Origin: a virus
Direction: 5' to 3' (one strand)
IMG/VR virus record: IMGVR_UViG_3300049846_000430
Span: 1 to 64,000 of that record
Length of the DNA: 64,000 bases
Position numbers and translations under genes: made by a program. A model generated the notes under the pieces. It was not told the origin of the DNA and ran no database searches. It saw only the letters and a program-made list of their open reading frames with translations. Each line of letters begins with the position of its first letter. Within the stretch, counting starts at the first letter, position 1. Shown piece after piece: positions 45,738-57,900 of the stretch.

Positions 45738-48700
45738 ATGGCAACATACATACCAGGCGTTCAAGGATATTACCCAGAGTTTGAGCCGTTTGTACCAGAC
45801 TACAAATTTCTCTCTGGTGTATTAGATCAGAGAACAGATAGGTATAACACAAACTATAAAGCTCTCAATGATCTATATAGTAAAGTTGTTTACGCAGATC
45901 TCACTAGAGATGACTCAATTGAGATGAGAGACCAATATGCAAACTTGTTAGCACCTAAGCTAGAACAAGTTGCATCAATGGATTTATCAATTCAACAGAA
46001 TGTAGATGCAGCAAAAGCATTATTCCAACCATTTTATGATAATGATCTGATTGTAAAAGATCTTGTTGCTACTCAGCAGTATAAGAAAGAACTTGGTTAT
46101 GCCAATAGTCTTCTTGAATCAAGTGATAAAAAAACAAGAGAACAGTATTGGCAGACTGGTGTTGAAGCAATGCAATATCAGATGCAGGATTTTAAACAAG
46201 CTGATCCTGGTAAAGCACTTAAGATGGGTCTTCCCAAGTATGTACCCAATGTGAACCTGTTTGATATGTCTATGCAGGTTCTTAAAGATGCCGGTCTTTC
46301 TGTAGAACAGTCAAGTTTTGATCCTAAAGATCCTCATAAGACATGGATTATAAAACAAAAAAATGGCAGTCTTGTAACTCCTATAGCTTTTGAAACTGTA
46401 AAAAGAACACTGTTAGATGACCCAAGACTTATCAATGCTTACTATACAGATGCATATGTTAAGTCTAGAAAGTTTGCTGAAGATGGCATGGCACAAGGTC
46501 AGTTTACCACAGTAGATGAGGGTAGAACTGCATGGGCTAATAACATTATTGCAGATATTCAAGCTAAGACACTTAGGCAAAATGAAAAGACACAAACAAA
46601 AGTTAAAGAAGCTGGTGATGTAAAGAAAAACTGGGAGCAATATCAGAGACAATATGGTGTAGTTCCTGGTTCAGATGAAGATCTTGCCATGATAGAAGCT
46701 CTTGCCAAATATGATGGTGAAAGAGCCAGATTAAAATCTGAAGAAGATATTTTGCAAGAATCACAAGATCCAGCACCTTCAGATGAAACTCTTATAAGCA
46801 AAGCTTATAACATGCTTATGTCTTATAACATATCTGATGATATGATGGCTGCTGCTAAAGCGTTTAGCATGAAAGATGCAAGCTTGACATTTGAAGCAAA
46901 TCCATACAGGACAATGGAGCTTGAGCATGAGCATGATTTTGCAAAAATGCGGATGCAGTTTCAGCATGATAAAGACATGGCTGATTATAAACTCAAGAAA
47001 GATAAAGAACTTGAGGATTATAAAAACAGATTTGCATCAATGATATCTGCAGCATTCAATCCACTTGCTCTTCTTGGTAATGAAAAGACAACCATTGGTG
47101 ATAAAGATGGTGATGGAGAGTTGGATACAGATTTTGATGTAGTAGAATTCAATAAAAAAGCTCAGGCTGCTGTAATGAATGATGTTGCTAAATCAAAAAT
47201 TGATGCAATTAAGAAAGCTCATATAGCAACAGAAAGTTTAAAAGCTGATGGTGGCAAACCTCAAATGATTACCATTGAAACACAAAATGGTAAACAGATG
47301 ATGGATATGAACCAGTTTGAGAAAGAAATGCTCAAGCCTGGTAATGAGAGGTTTCTTGCTGATGTTTATTCTTCTTATAAGAATAAGATTAATAATGCTC
47401 AAAAGGAAAACCCACTTCTTCTTAATGCAGATAATAATAAAACATTTAGAGAATTAAAAAATAGTTTTCTTGATGCTGACACCAAAATGGCTGCTGTTGT
47501 AAGCGGTGAGAAAGAAATGGCAAAGGTGTATAATGATAATCTTCAGAATGTTGTTCAAACTGAGTATGGAAAACCAATCAAAGAAATGCAAGAAAAAGGT
47601 ATTCCTATGATTGTTACATCTCCCACAAAGAAAGCATTTGATTATCAAGAAGCTTTGAAAAATGCACCAACTACAGAAACACCAATGCAAAGACAAGCAA
47701 GGGTTGCAAATGCAACTATGCCTGATGACTTTACAAATTGGTTTATGGGTGGTGCACAACCCAGACTTTTAACTAAAGAAGAGTATAGGAATGATTTTGC
47801 AAAAAAATATAATGCTGGGCAAATAAAAGGTGTTAGTCCAAAAACTATGGGCAGTGATATTTCTAATTCACCATCAGCTAGAGCAACAACAGCTATGGGT
47901 GGTTGGCTTGTTCTTAATCTTGATGAAAGTGGAAGAGTTTCTGGACAAAGTGTTGTTGATATGGCAGATGAGCATTATAATGCTCAAATAAAAATTTTGA
48001 ATAAAACACTAAACGGTGCTATTACTCCAACTAGAACAGCAGATGGCAAAGAAACTGGTGTATTTAAAACATTTGGTTTTGATCAGTGGATGAGAGGTGC
48101 ACCTGTAAATGAAATGACAACGGGTAATATAACTACATTTCCTACATATTCAACATTTGTAAATCCTACAGCACTAGATGAAAAATCTACAGCAGCTCTT
48201 GTTGATTTTGCAAAACAATATGTGAATTCTCCAAATGCTGTTGTTATAAGTGGTGATCTTACAGGTGTAAGTGAAACACCCACTGAATCTGATGATAATG
48301 CCAAAAAGATTTTAGGACAAGCCATTCTTGATATACAAAAAGCTGCTTTAAATCCTAAAGCAAAAGAAGGTGAAAAAACACCAACATTCAGAATTAAGTA
48401 TGCACCTGTATATGGTGCACCTTCAGGTGATAGACAAAATGCTGCTTATGTTCTTGAATTTGACAAAGAATATATAAAGACTTTTGCTGCTTCAGAAGAT
48501 AAAGCCTATATAGGTAATGATGAAGTTGATGACTACACCAAAATAACTATGATGTTTCCAAGAGAAACAGATCTTAGTTCTAGAAATGCTGAAGCATACA
48601 ACTTTTCATTTGTACAGAATAACATCCAAAGATCTCCTGAAAGAAACTACACATATGTATCCCCCAATGGTGGTAAACTAAATGTCTTTCAAGATGGGAA

Positions 48701-48941
48701 TAATTGGATGTATAATATGAACACTTTAGTTTATGATCCAAAAACATCTAATCTTGTTACACAAGATATTCTTCCTGCTATGCCTCTTTCATATGCAGAT
48801 GGTTCAGCGGTAAAAAGAAATGATTTGGATAGAATTGTTAATGGTTTACAATACACATTAGATGGAATTGCAGAAGAAAATACAAAGGCAATGAATTTGT
48901 ATAAAAGGAATATCTTTGCTCAACTAAACAAGAATCAATAA
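45738..48941 (+). CDS. Large ejected virion protein preceding the RNAP polyprotein
   Basis: 1067 aa, helical N-half (MATYIPG...PFVPDY); position matches crAss-like ejection proteins. Confidence 0.65.
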   Translation: MATYIPGVQGYYPEFEPFVPDYKFLSGVLDQRTDRYNTNYKALNDLYSKVVYADLTRDDSIEMRDQYANLLAPKLEQVASMDLSIQQNVDAAKALFQPFYDNDLIVKDLVATQQYKKELGYANSLLESSDKKTREQYWQTGVEAMQYQMQDFKQADPGKALKMGLPKYVPNVNLFDMSMQVLKDAGLSVEQSSFDPKDPHKTWIIKQKNGSLVTPIAFETVKRTLLDDPRLINAYYTDAYVKSRKFAEDGMAQGQFTTVDEGRTAWANNIIADIQAKTLRQNEKTQTKVKEAGDVKKNWEQYQRQYGVVPGSDEDLAMIEALAKYDGERARLKSEEDILQESQDPAPSDETLISKAYNMLMSYNISDDMMAAAKAFSMKDASLTFEANPYRTMELEHEHDFAKMRMQFQHDKDMADYKLKKDKELEDYKNRFASMISAAFNPLALLGNEKTTIGDKDGDGELDTDFDVVEFNKKAQAAVMNDVAKSKIDAIKKAHIATESLKADGGKPQMITIETQNGKQMMDMNQFEKEMLKPGNERFLADVYSSYKNKINNAQKENPLLLNADNNKTFRELKNSFLDADTKMAAVVSGEKEMAKVYNDNLQNVVQTEYGKPIKEMQEKGIPMIVTSPTKKAFDYQEALKNAPTTETPMQRQARVANATMPDDFTNWFMGGAQPRLLTKEEYRNDFAKKYNAGQIKGVSPKTMGSDISNSPSARATTAMGGWLVLNLDESGRVSGQSVVDMADEHYNAQIKILNKTLNGAITPTRTADGKETGVFKTFGFDQWMRGAPVNEMTTGNITTFPTYSTFVNPTALDEKSTAALVDFAKQYVNSPNAVVISGDLTGVSETPTESDDNAKKILGQAILDIQKAALNPKAKEGEKTPTFRIKYAPVYGAPSGDRQNAAYVLEFDKEYIKTFAASEDKAYIGNDEVDDYTKITMMFPRETDLSSRNAEAYNFSFVQNNIQRSPERNYTYVSPNGGKLNVFQDGNNWMYNMNTLVYDPKTSNLVTQDILPAMPLSYADGSAVKRNDLDRIVNGLQYTLDGIAEENTKAMNLYKRNIFAQLNKNQ

Positions 48942-48944
48942 GAA

Positions 48945-51900
48945 ATGGAATTAAACAATAACATGATTCCGGTTGCTCCGGACAATATGCCTTCAGCTGA
49001 TCAGCAACTAAATGGCAACCCTTATGTGATTGATGCTGCTCCTGGTACCGACCCTTCTGAAAATTTTAACTTCCAACCTGTAAGTGATTTTTTTGAATCT
49101 CCTACAAATAGTGATCTTGTTATTGGTGTTGATGAAGATTATCTCAACATGCTAAGACCTCTTAGCACATCAGTAAACAAATATATTAATCCTCCCAATG
49201 GCAATTTAAGGAATCCTTATCCTACTTACGCCAGTGACACATATAACCCCTATTCTCAACAGAGAGGTCTTAATCTATCAACTAGAGAAGGAAGACTTGC
49301 TGCATTAAAAAATCCAGGAGCAACAGCTGAAATATTTACTCCCGGTGGGCCAGCACAACCTGAAATAGCTGATCCTGTTTATTCATCTATAAGAGATACA
49401 AACTTTGATAGATACTATGCTCACCCAAAGTTTGAAGAACTTGGTTGGCAACCATATGCCAATAATGAGGAATACTATAATGCCAACTCATCTACATGGG
49501 ATGATTCTGTTAGAATGTGGGGTCAGTTTAGTGGATTATTTGGTACTGGTTTTGTAAGTGGTTACCGTTCTATTGCTGATCTTTTTGATGGTGATGACTA
49601 TTTATCAACTGCTGACTTAGATAGTGCTACAGAATTCTCAGATGCAATGAGAATAGGTATGTCATCAAGAGAAGGTTTTATGGCAGGAATTAATAATTTT
49701 GCACTTAACTCTGCTTATACCTTCGGTATTATTGGCAGCATAGCAGCAGAAGAACTTGCTTTAGCTCTTATGGCTTCAACAGGTGTTGGTGCAATTCCGG
49801 CAGCTGCAAGAACAGGTGCAAATGTGACAAGAGCTGGAAGAGCTATAGTAAATTTCTTTGATGTAGGTAAAGCATTAAATGCCACAAGACAAATGCTTAA
49901 AGGTCTTAATCAAGCTGATAGAGCAAGAGACTTTTATAACACAATGAGATCTGGTGGTAAGTTTGTTGGTGATTTCTTTTTACCTGAAACTATGGCCGCA
50001 ATCAGATCTATGAACACAACACAAAATGGTGTTCAAAATCTTTCAAATTTATCTAAAGCTGCAAGAGGATTTGGTGGTTTCTATAGAGATTTAAGAGGTA
50101 TTAATCTTGCCATGTCTGAATCTAAGCTTGAGGCAGGTATGGTGTATAATGATAAGTTTGCTGATATATCCGCAAATCTTAATGAAAAGAATGGTGGTAC
50201 AGGATTAACTCCCACTGATGTTGCTAAAGCACATGATGTTGCAGCTAAATCATCATTTGCCACTCTATGGTGGAATGCTCCATTAATTTACCTGAGTAAT
50301 AAGATTGTTCTTGGTACTGCACTTGGCGGTATGAATAAAACTCTGGGAAGAGTATTTGATGAAAAACTTACAGGCTTTGGTAAAAGACTAATTAGAACTA
50401 AACCATTAACTGATGCTAGTGGTAAGATATCAAGAGATGTTTTTGAAGATGCTGGTGAAGGAATGTTTGGTGGTCTTTTACCATCAATGAAAAGAATTAA
50501 AGGATACACTGTTGGTGGATCTCTTAAAGCAGCAGGACATGGTGCCGCAAGATACTTTGCTGCAAACTTAACTGAAGGTGCTCAAGAACTTGCACAAGAA
50601 GCTATTGCTGTTGGTACTAAAGATTACTATACTCAATTGTTTGAAGATCCTGCAGCTGCCGGTTATGATGTATTTAAAACAGCATTGAGTTCTGCAATAA
50701 GTAGTCAAATGAATGCTCAAGGTTTTGAAACATTCATGTCTGGATTTATGATGGGTGGTGTAGTACAAGGTCCTCAGAAACTATTGTTTCAGGGACTGCC
50801 TAATGCTATGCAGTATACCTTTAATAGAGAGGCATATGATAAATACAAAACTGCTAAGAATGATTACATTCAGAACCTTGTAAAGACTCATAATGAAGCA
50901 TGGAATACTATGGCTGATGATCCAACAGCAATGTTTGATCCTACTAAACTAAACTTCCTGGTTCAGAAACAAGTGGCTTCAGAGATGAAGCAGTCTGCAT
51001 ATGTAGATGATGTTTTTGGTTTTATTGATGCAAAAGACTTTGGTAAGTTTAATCAGATGTATACCATTTTTAGCAATGGTACAGCAAATCAATTTAAAGA
51101 TCAACTTCAAGGATTTCAATCATTAACTGATGAAGAACTTAACCAAGCATTTCCTGGATTTAAAGCTGACATCAAGAGTGGAAAGTTTAGAGAAAGAATA
51201 GACACTACTCTTAATCAAATTGATGAAACTGAAAAAGCTTATAATGATGCTCAAAATAAATTTCAAAATCCTTTTGATAGTAGAAAATTCAAAAAGGGTA
51301 CAAAAGAGTTTATAGATGAAGCATTGAAAGAAAGAGCTTTTGAACATGCCAAGTATCTTTACATGTTTACACAGGATGGCTTTAAAAGAGCTGTTGAAAG
51401 AGCAGAAAGTATTTACAGTGAAATGGCATCTGAACCGGTAATTTCAAAGATTGCCGCTAATGATCTATCTGTTCTTATGGATATAGATAGTATTAATAAT
51501 GAGTTAGCTGTACTTTTAAAAGAAGCATCAATTGAAGCAACAACTCCAGAAGAAGAAAAAATTGCTGCTGATAAGACTGAAAGGATGATGCATTTAACTG
51601 AAATCAAAAAAGTTCTTACAGATCCCGGCAACCTAAACTCTAATGGTATTCTTGATAGAAGAAAGATTAATAAGCTTTACAAACCATTTCAGAATTATGT
51701 AAACTTCTTGGCTAAGAGTAAGAATGACTTTGTGAATAAGGATGCTGTTGTAAATGCCCTTAAGAAAATCTCTGATTATAACGCACTTAAAGAGAGAGCT
51801 AAAGTTTATGATAAAGCTATTGAGTATCTGAATAATCCAGAAAGACTTACTGAAATGGTTAATAGAACCAGAGCCATTTTTGAAGACTTATTCCGGAACA

Positions 51901-54900
51901 ATAAAACAATGTTTGAAAAGAACATTAAGAAGCATGTTAAAAATCTTGAAGCAAATGAATTCTTAAACAAGCTTGTTAAGATTGGTGTATATCCAAATGC
52001 TGATCAAGTTGTTGAGTTCTTAAAAACAGGTGATGTAAATGTGTTAAAAGAATTCTTTTCTGAAGACGGGGTTGTAGATGTCATGAATGATCCCAAAAGA
52101 TTTCTTCAAATTGCAGGTCTTGTCAGAAGTTATAATGAAATAACTGGTAAAGAAGAGGTAAAAGAAGAGACAGAAGAAGAACCTGAAGAAGAAGCAGCTG
52201 AACCAGGAGCTAAACAAAAAAGCTTTGAAGATACATTAGATGATCTAGATATAGATACTAGCAGCATGCCTGGTGTTAAACCAAAACCAGCAAAAGAAAC
52301 AGTAGTTGAAACCAATGATCCAAGTCAATCTCCTTATGGTAAAAAGATTCTTGAGGAGGTATACAATAAATATAGAGCTGAGCAGCTTGCTATTGGTAAT
52401 ACATACTTGCCATATAATGAATGGGCCAAGACTGAAAAAACTCAAACTGTAATTGCAGCACTTCAAGCACTTAAGGTAGCATGGGCAAAGACTGTTACTA
52501 AAGAATCTCTAGCTAAACGTGGTACTGATGTTTCAACTCCTCAACTTGCAGAAGCTGCAATTAAGTTTGTAATAAAGCAGGATGTTGGATTTTCTCAATG
52601 GCTGCAGTCAAAGAAAGATGAACCATCAGTTAGAAAAGTTCTTGATGAAGCAGGTCTAACATTTGATGCGTTGGCACCAGTTGCACCGGGTAAAAATGAA
52701 GGTAAAGATTCTGTTGTTAAAGATAAGAAGAATACCAAGTGGCACAAGAAAGGTCCGGGTGTAAATATTCTTAAAATTACTAGTAGTGATAATGAGGGTA
52801 ATAAAACTACTTATTATCAGTTGGTAGATAATAATGGTGATGGTCTTTCAGAAGCAATACTAAAAGCTGCCGGTGTATCAATAAACGGTACTTATAGTAA
52901 AGCTAAAGCTGCAGAAGAAGCTCAGAAAAAGATTCTTGATGCTATGCCTGATACTACACCATTTCAATTTGATGGTGTAATGGTAAGATTTGGTGCCACT
53001 GTTACAGATAATAAAGGTAAAGAGTTTATTGTTCTTGGCACACCATCTAAAGTTGCAAAAGGTGGCAAGTTGTTTCTTTTACCAAAAGAGAAACAAACTT
53101 TAAAAGGAGTTAAAGAAAGAGAAAAAGCCTCAATAAAAGTTTCAGAAGGTGAGTTTAATGGATTCTATACTGTAGAAGATCTTAAGTTTAGTGAGCCAGT
53201 TGACAAAAATGTAAGTAAGCTCACTGTTGTTGATCTTCTTAAAAGCTATCCCCGTAACAATAGAGGTGAAGAAAGGGCTGAAGCTCAAAAAAGATTTGAT
53301 ATCATTATGAATGCTGTTACAGCAGAAGAATTTGAAAATGATATTGAATTTGTTGTTAGAAGAAATGAGGGTGCTGGTTCAGAAACAGGTCCATATAGAG
53401 CTGGTAGTAAAGAGCCTAACCCACAAATAATAAAGACAACTGAGACATACAACATTGGAATAAGAATTGGTAATCCAGCATTACAACAAAGACTGGATGC
53501 AATGCTTGAAGAAAAAGGATTTGTTCCTAGTGATTCTGCTGATGGTATCATTGGTTTCATGCCTAATAACTCATATAAACTTCTTGATAAAAATGGCAAG
53601 CAAATCAGTATTTTATCTCTTGATCCAGAAAACTTTGATCAATACTTTGGTGGAAGAGGTACTCTTCAAGACATAAAGACTGCCTATGCTACACAGCAAC
53701 TTCTTGTGAATGCTATCTCAGAACTAATAGGTGAGGCTAGTTTTGCAGTTGTAAAACCTTCTGAGTTAAAAGACAAGGTAACTTTTAGTTTCCAAAGTTT
53801 ATACAAGCAAGATGCATTACCAATATCACTAGATCAGCTTAATGATTATTACGGTACTGAAGATGGCAAAGGTTACACTGTTGATGGTAAGAATGTAATC
53901 ATATATGATAACAAAAGAGTTAGAACAGAAAAAGGATATAGTTATAGCACAACAGTTGTAAGTAATTTAAAACCTGGTAAAAGACTCAGTGATCTATCTG
54001 ACAAGATTGAAGATGAACTAAAAGCTTCAGGTAAATGGGAAAAAGCAACTGACCCAGTGGCAGGTCTTGGCCGTTATGTTATTGTAATAAGACAACCCAA
54101 TGGTGAACTTACTCTTGCTCAGCTTAAACAAAACAAGATAGATAAAGAAGAAGTATATGGATTTATTAAAGAACTTGTGCAAAGAGCTCAGGATACAGTT
54201 GACAATAACATTGAAAATATTGATGATCTTCCAAGAAATGCTTTAGGGGTTATAACAAATACCAAAGATGCTAGAGCTAAGAATCTGGATTATAATTATA
54301 AATGGAATGAAGAATTTAACAACAAGTTTTATCTGGCTGAGATGCCCGGTATAGATGTTGAAATGAAAGTAACAGCTTGGGGAAGAATTGAAATTTCATT
54401 TTATGACAAAAAAAATAAAGAATCATTAACTGCCGCTCCTCTGAAAATATTCCCAGAGCTATTTGCAAAAGCACTTGCAGATCCTCAAGAACTTTTAGAT
54501 AAGATTCAGAGTCTTTTAGATTCGGATCCAACCCTTAAGAAACAAAAAATTTCTGTTCAACCTCAAAACTTTAGAGCATCATTTCCTGAAAGCAGAGATG
54601 CTCAAGTAATTATTGATAATACAAAAACTCAACTTGATCCTAGAGTAAGATTTGATTATAAGATTATTGTTACAGGTGATTCAAGTCAAGTTCAAGCATT
54701 GGCTAACATCTCTACTCCAATTACTCCAGAAGATATTACTGCTGCTCAAGGACCAGTTTCTGAAGATACATTAGAACATATTGCTAAAAAGCTTAATACT
54801 CCTGGTTCTACACTTTCTAAGTATGAACAAGAGATCTATAACATCAATCAATCTAGAATTGAAAAGATAAGAAAAGATCTTGCCGGTAAATCAAGTCTTG

Positions 54901-57900
54901 ATACAAGTGAGGATACATATGATGGTATTAATCAGATGTCTGATGATGAATTCAACAGCTATGCTGATGATGAGTTTATGATGCTTCCTCTTGACATTAA
55001 GAATCAAATTGCTGCTAAAATTCTAAAGACTGGTGTAGCAAGTCTCTCAGCTAGAGAGAGGCAAGTAATGAACAGTGATGCCGGCTCCATGATCAATGGA
55101 TTAGTATCTAAACTTGTAAGTGAAGCTGTAAACACACCTTCAGAAGTTGCACCTGTAACTGAAGAAACTTTTACTCAAGGTAATGAAATAGAACAGATCA
55201 AAGCTGAAATTGCATCATTGAAGTTACAAATTGATGCAAGAGAAGAGTTACTTATGAAAGAGTCTTCTAATCCTAAAGAAAGCTTTACTAAAATAAATAA
55301 TGATTCAGAACTTAAAGCTTTAAAGAAACGAAGAAATGATCTAAACAATAAACTTATAGCAAATAAAATCCTTCCAGCAGCACCTCTTACCCCGTATGAT
55401 GGTGAGACAATTCAGCAGTTTGTAGATTGGGCAACAAATAATCTTCCTGACTTTATTAGCATTGCTGATATAAACACACTTAGAGGTAACCTCATGGGTA
55501 AAGGTGTTAGAGTTGGTGCTTTTGTTTTGAGTCTTGCTGATATTGCTGGTGGTATAAATGTACAGGGTACTCTCTATACCGGGGCATCATCACCTTTTAG
55601 ATACCACGAAGCATTCCATGCTGTGTTTAGAATGCTGCTTACTGATGAGCAGATAAAAAAATACTTGGCTCTTGGTAAGAAAGAACTGCTTGCTAAATAC
55701 AAAGCTGAGGGTAAGAGCTACCAGGCTGAGATGGAGAAGTTTAGAAACACTGCTCCCATGTATAGAGAGATGACTCCTGAAAGACTTGAGCAAGAATTCA
55801 TTGAAGAATACTTGGCTGATAAGTTTGAAGAGTTCAAAAAGTCTCCCGCAAAAACTCAAACAGCTCCGGAAATAAAATCTCTTTTCCAAAGAATCATTGA
55901 GTGGATTAAATCAATCTTTAAAAGATTTACAAAGAATGAACTGAATAGCCTGTATGAAAACATTGATTCTGGTAAGTACAGAACTACTGCTGTCCAGGAT
56001 AATATGTTTACCAACTCTCTAGTTAAAGGAATAACAGTAGAAGCAAACAAACTTATTCCAATTGAAACATATGAAGATGAAAGAGGTAATATAGGTTATA
56101 AGTATATGGATCCAGCTGCAGCAGATGGTTTAATTGCAAACATTGCTGCAATGTATATTTCAAGAGAAGACAAAGCTATTGCTGCAAGTAAGAATGGTCT
56201 TATAAACCGTGGTGAGATTCTTGATGAAACAATAATTGACTTCATGGTAATGTATAACCCAGAAGCCGAACATAATTCAACACTTGATAGAAGTTTATGG
56301 GCACCTTTATTTGAAAAATTCAATGCATTAAAGGATTATACTGAGTTTGTAAAACAAGGTGTTATTGAAAGACTTGCATTACTTGATGTATCAGCAGAAG
56401 AAGGAGCATATGATTTTGAACAGTTTGAACAAGAGGCTGGTCTGAGAAATGTATCTGACTATAAAAGAGGTGTTGAACAAATAGGTGGTTTTGAATCTAT
56501 CTCAAAAGAATTAAGAAGATACATAGGTTCTACAACCATCACCAATGCTGATGAGTTTGGTAATACAGAACTTACTCCTGGTGAATCATTAATTGTTCCT
56601 GTTGATTTTAATGAAGCTTATAATGGTATTCTCAAAGCTGTAAAGAACACAACAAATCCGTTAGATTTCTTTACCAAAATGTATTTCTTTGGGCAAACTA
56701 ATAGGCAAACTGAAGCAGTTGTTAGAAGATTGTTTCAAGATATTGGGGTTACTGATGAACAAATTCTTAATGATGATCTTCCAGCAAGTGTAAAAAATCC
56801 TTTGTTATTTCAGAGAGTTCTTAAAGGTTTTGAAAGCTTTAGACTTGACTATATTTTTATACACACCAATCCTAAAGATGGTAAGACCTATATATATAGT
56901 GCAGCAAACAGAGATGATACAAGTGCTCAGATAGATAGATGGTCTGCTGCTTATGATATTAAATTCCAAAACATGGTAAATAATATCAAGACATGGAGAG
57001 AAACAAAAAGAATACTTGCTAGAGTTGAAAAATATTTTAACCCTGCTGAAGCTTTTGAAACCTTGTCTGATAGGAGACTACAGATCATATCTAGATACTT
57101 ATCAAGAAATCTTTATGAACTCACTGGTATTAAACTAAGTGCTGGTTATATTGAATTTAGTATTGCTTCCGGAATTATAAACAAAACCAGATATCAGAAT
57201 GCTCTGTTAAGAGCAAATCAAAAATCTGAAGCATTAAATTATGATGATATCAAACAGTTTGCAATTCAGATAGAAGCTGCTTACAATGATGCAATCAAAA
57301 ACAGAGGTTACACCTCAATATTCTCTGATACTGCGGGTGTAGGTATGCCGGCCAGATTAAGAAGAATGGCTTTTGGTAATGCACCTTTTGATGAGACAAT
57401 AGGTAATAGTGTATTCAAAAACCCTAATGGTGATCTTGTATATGCTCACCAGGCTGCTACATATCATCTTAAAGCAATTACAGATCTTAATGACGTTGAG
57501 ACTCTTGAAAGACTTCAAGAATCAGATCCTTTCTTATTCAATAACATTCTTCTTAATAGTCCAGCATTTAAAGCTCTTGCTGCAGAAGATAGGCTTAGAG
57601 TGCTAAGGGTAGCAGGTTCTAAGAAGAGTGCTCTTGATAAAACAGATGAAGGTAATTATGCTGAAACAGGAGGTATAAACGTAAATGATGAAGCTACAAC
57701 TTATGGTGATTCTTCACCAAGACAGTTTATACTTAATTTGATAAACTCCTACACCTACAACTACAATCATACAACCGGTAAGAATGATACTATAATTGCT
57801 ATTGATCCTATCACTGGGGAAGAAAAAGAAACTGCTATTGCTCCATCTTTGATCCGTGTAATTGAAGCATCAAATACGGGTGATATGACAGGGTTACCTG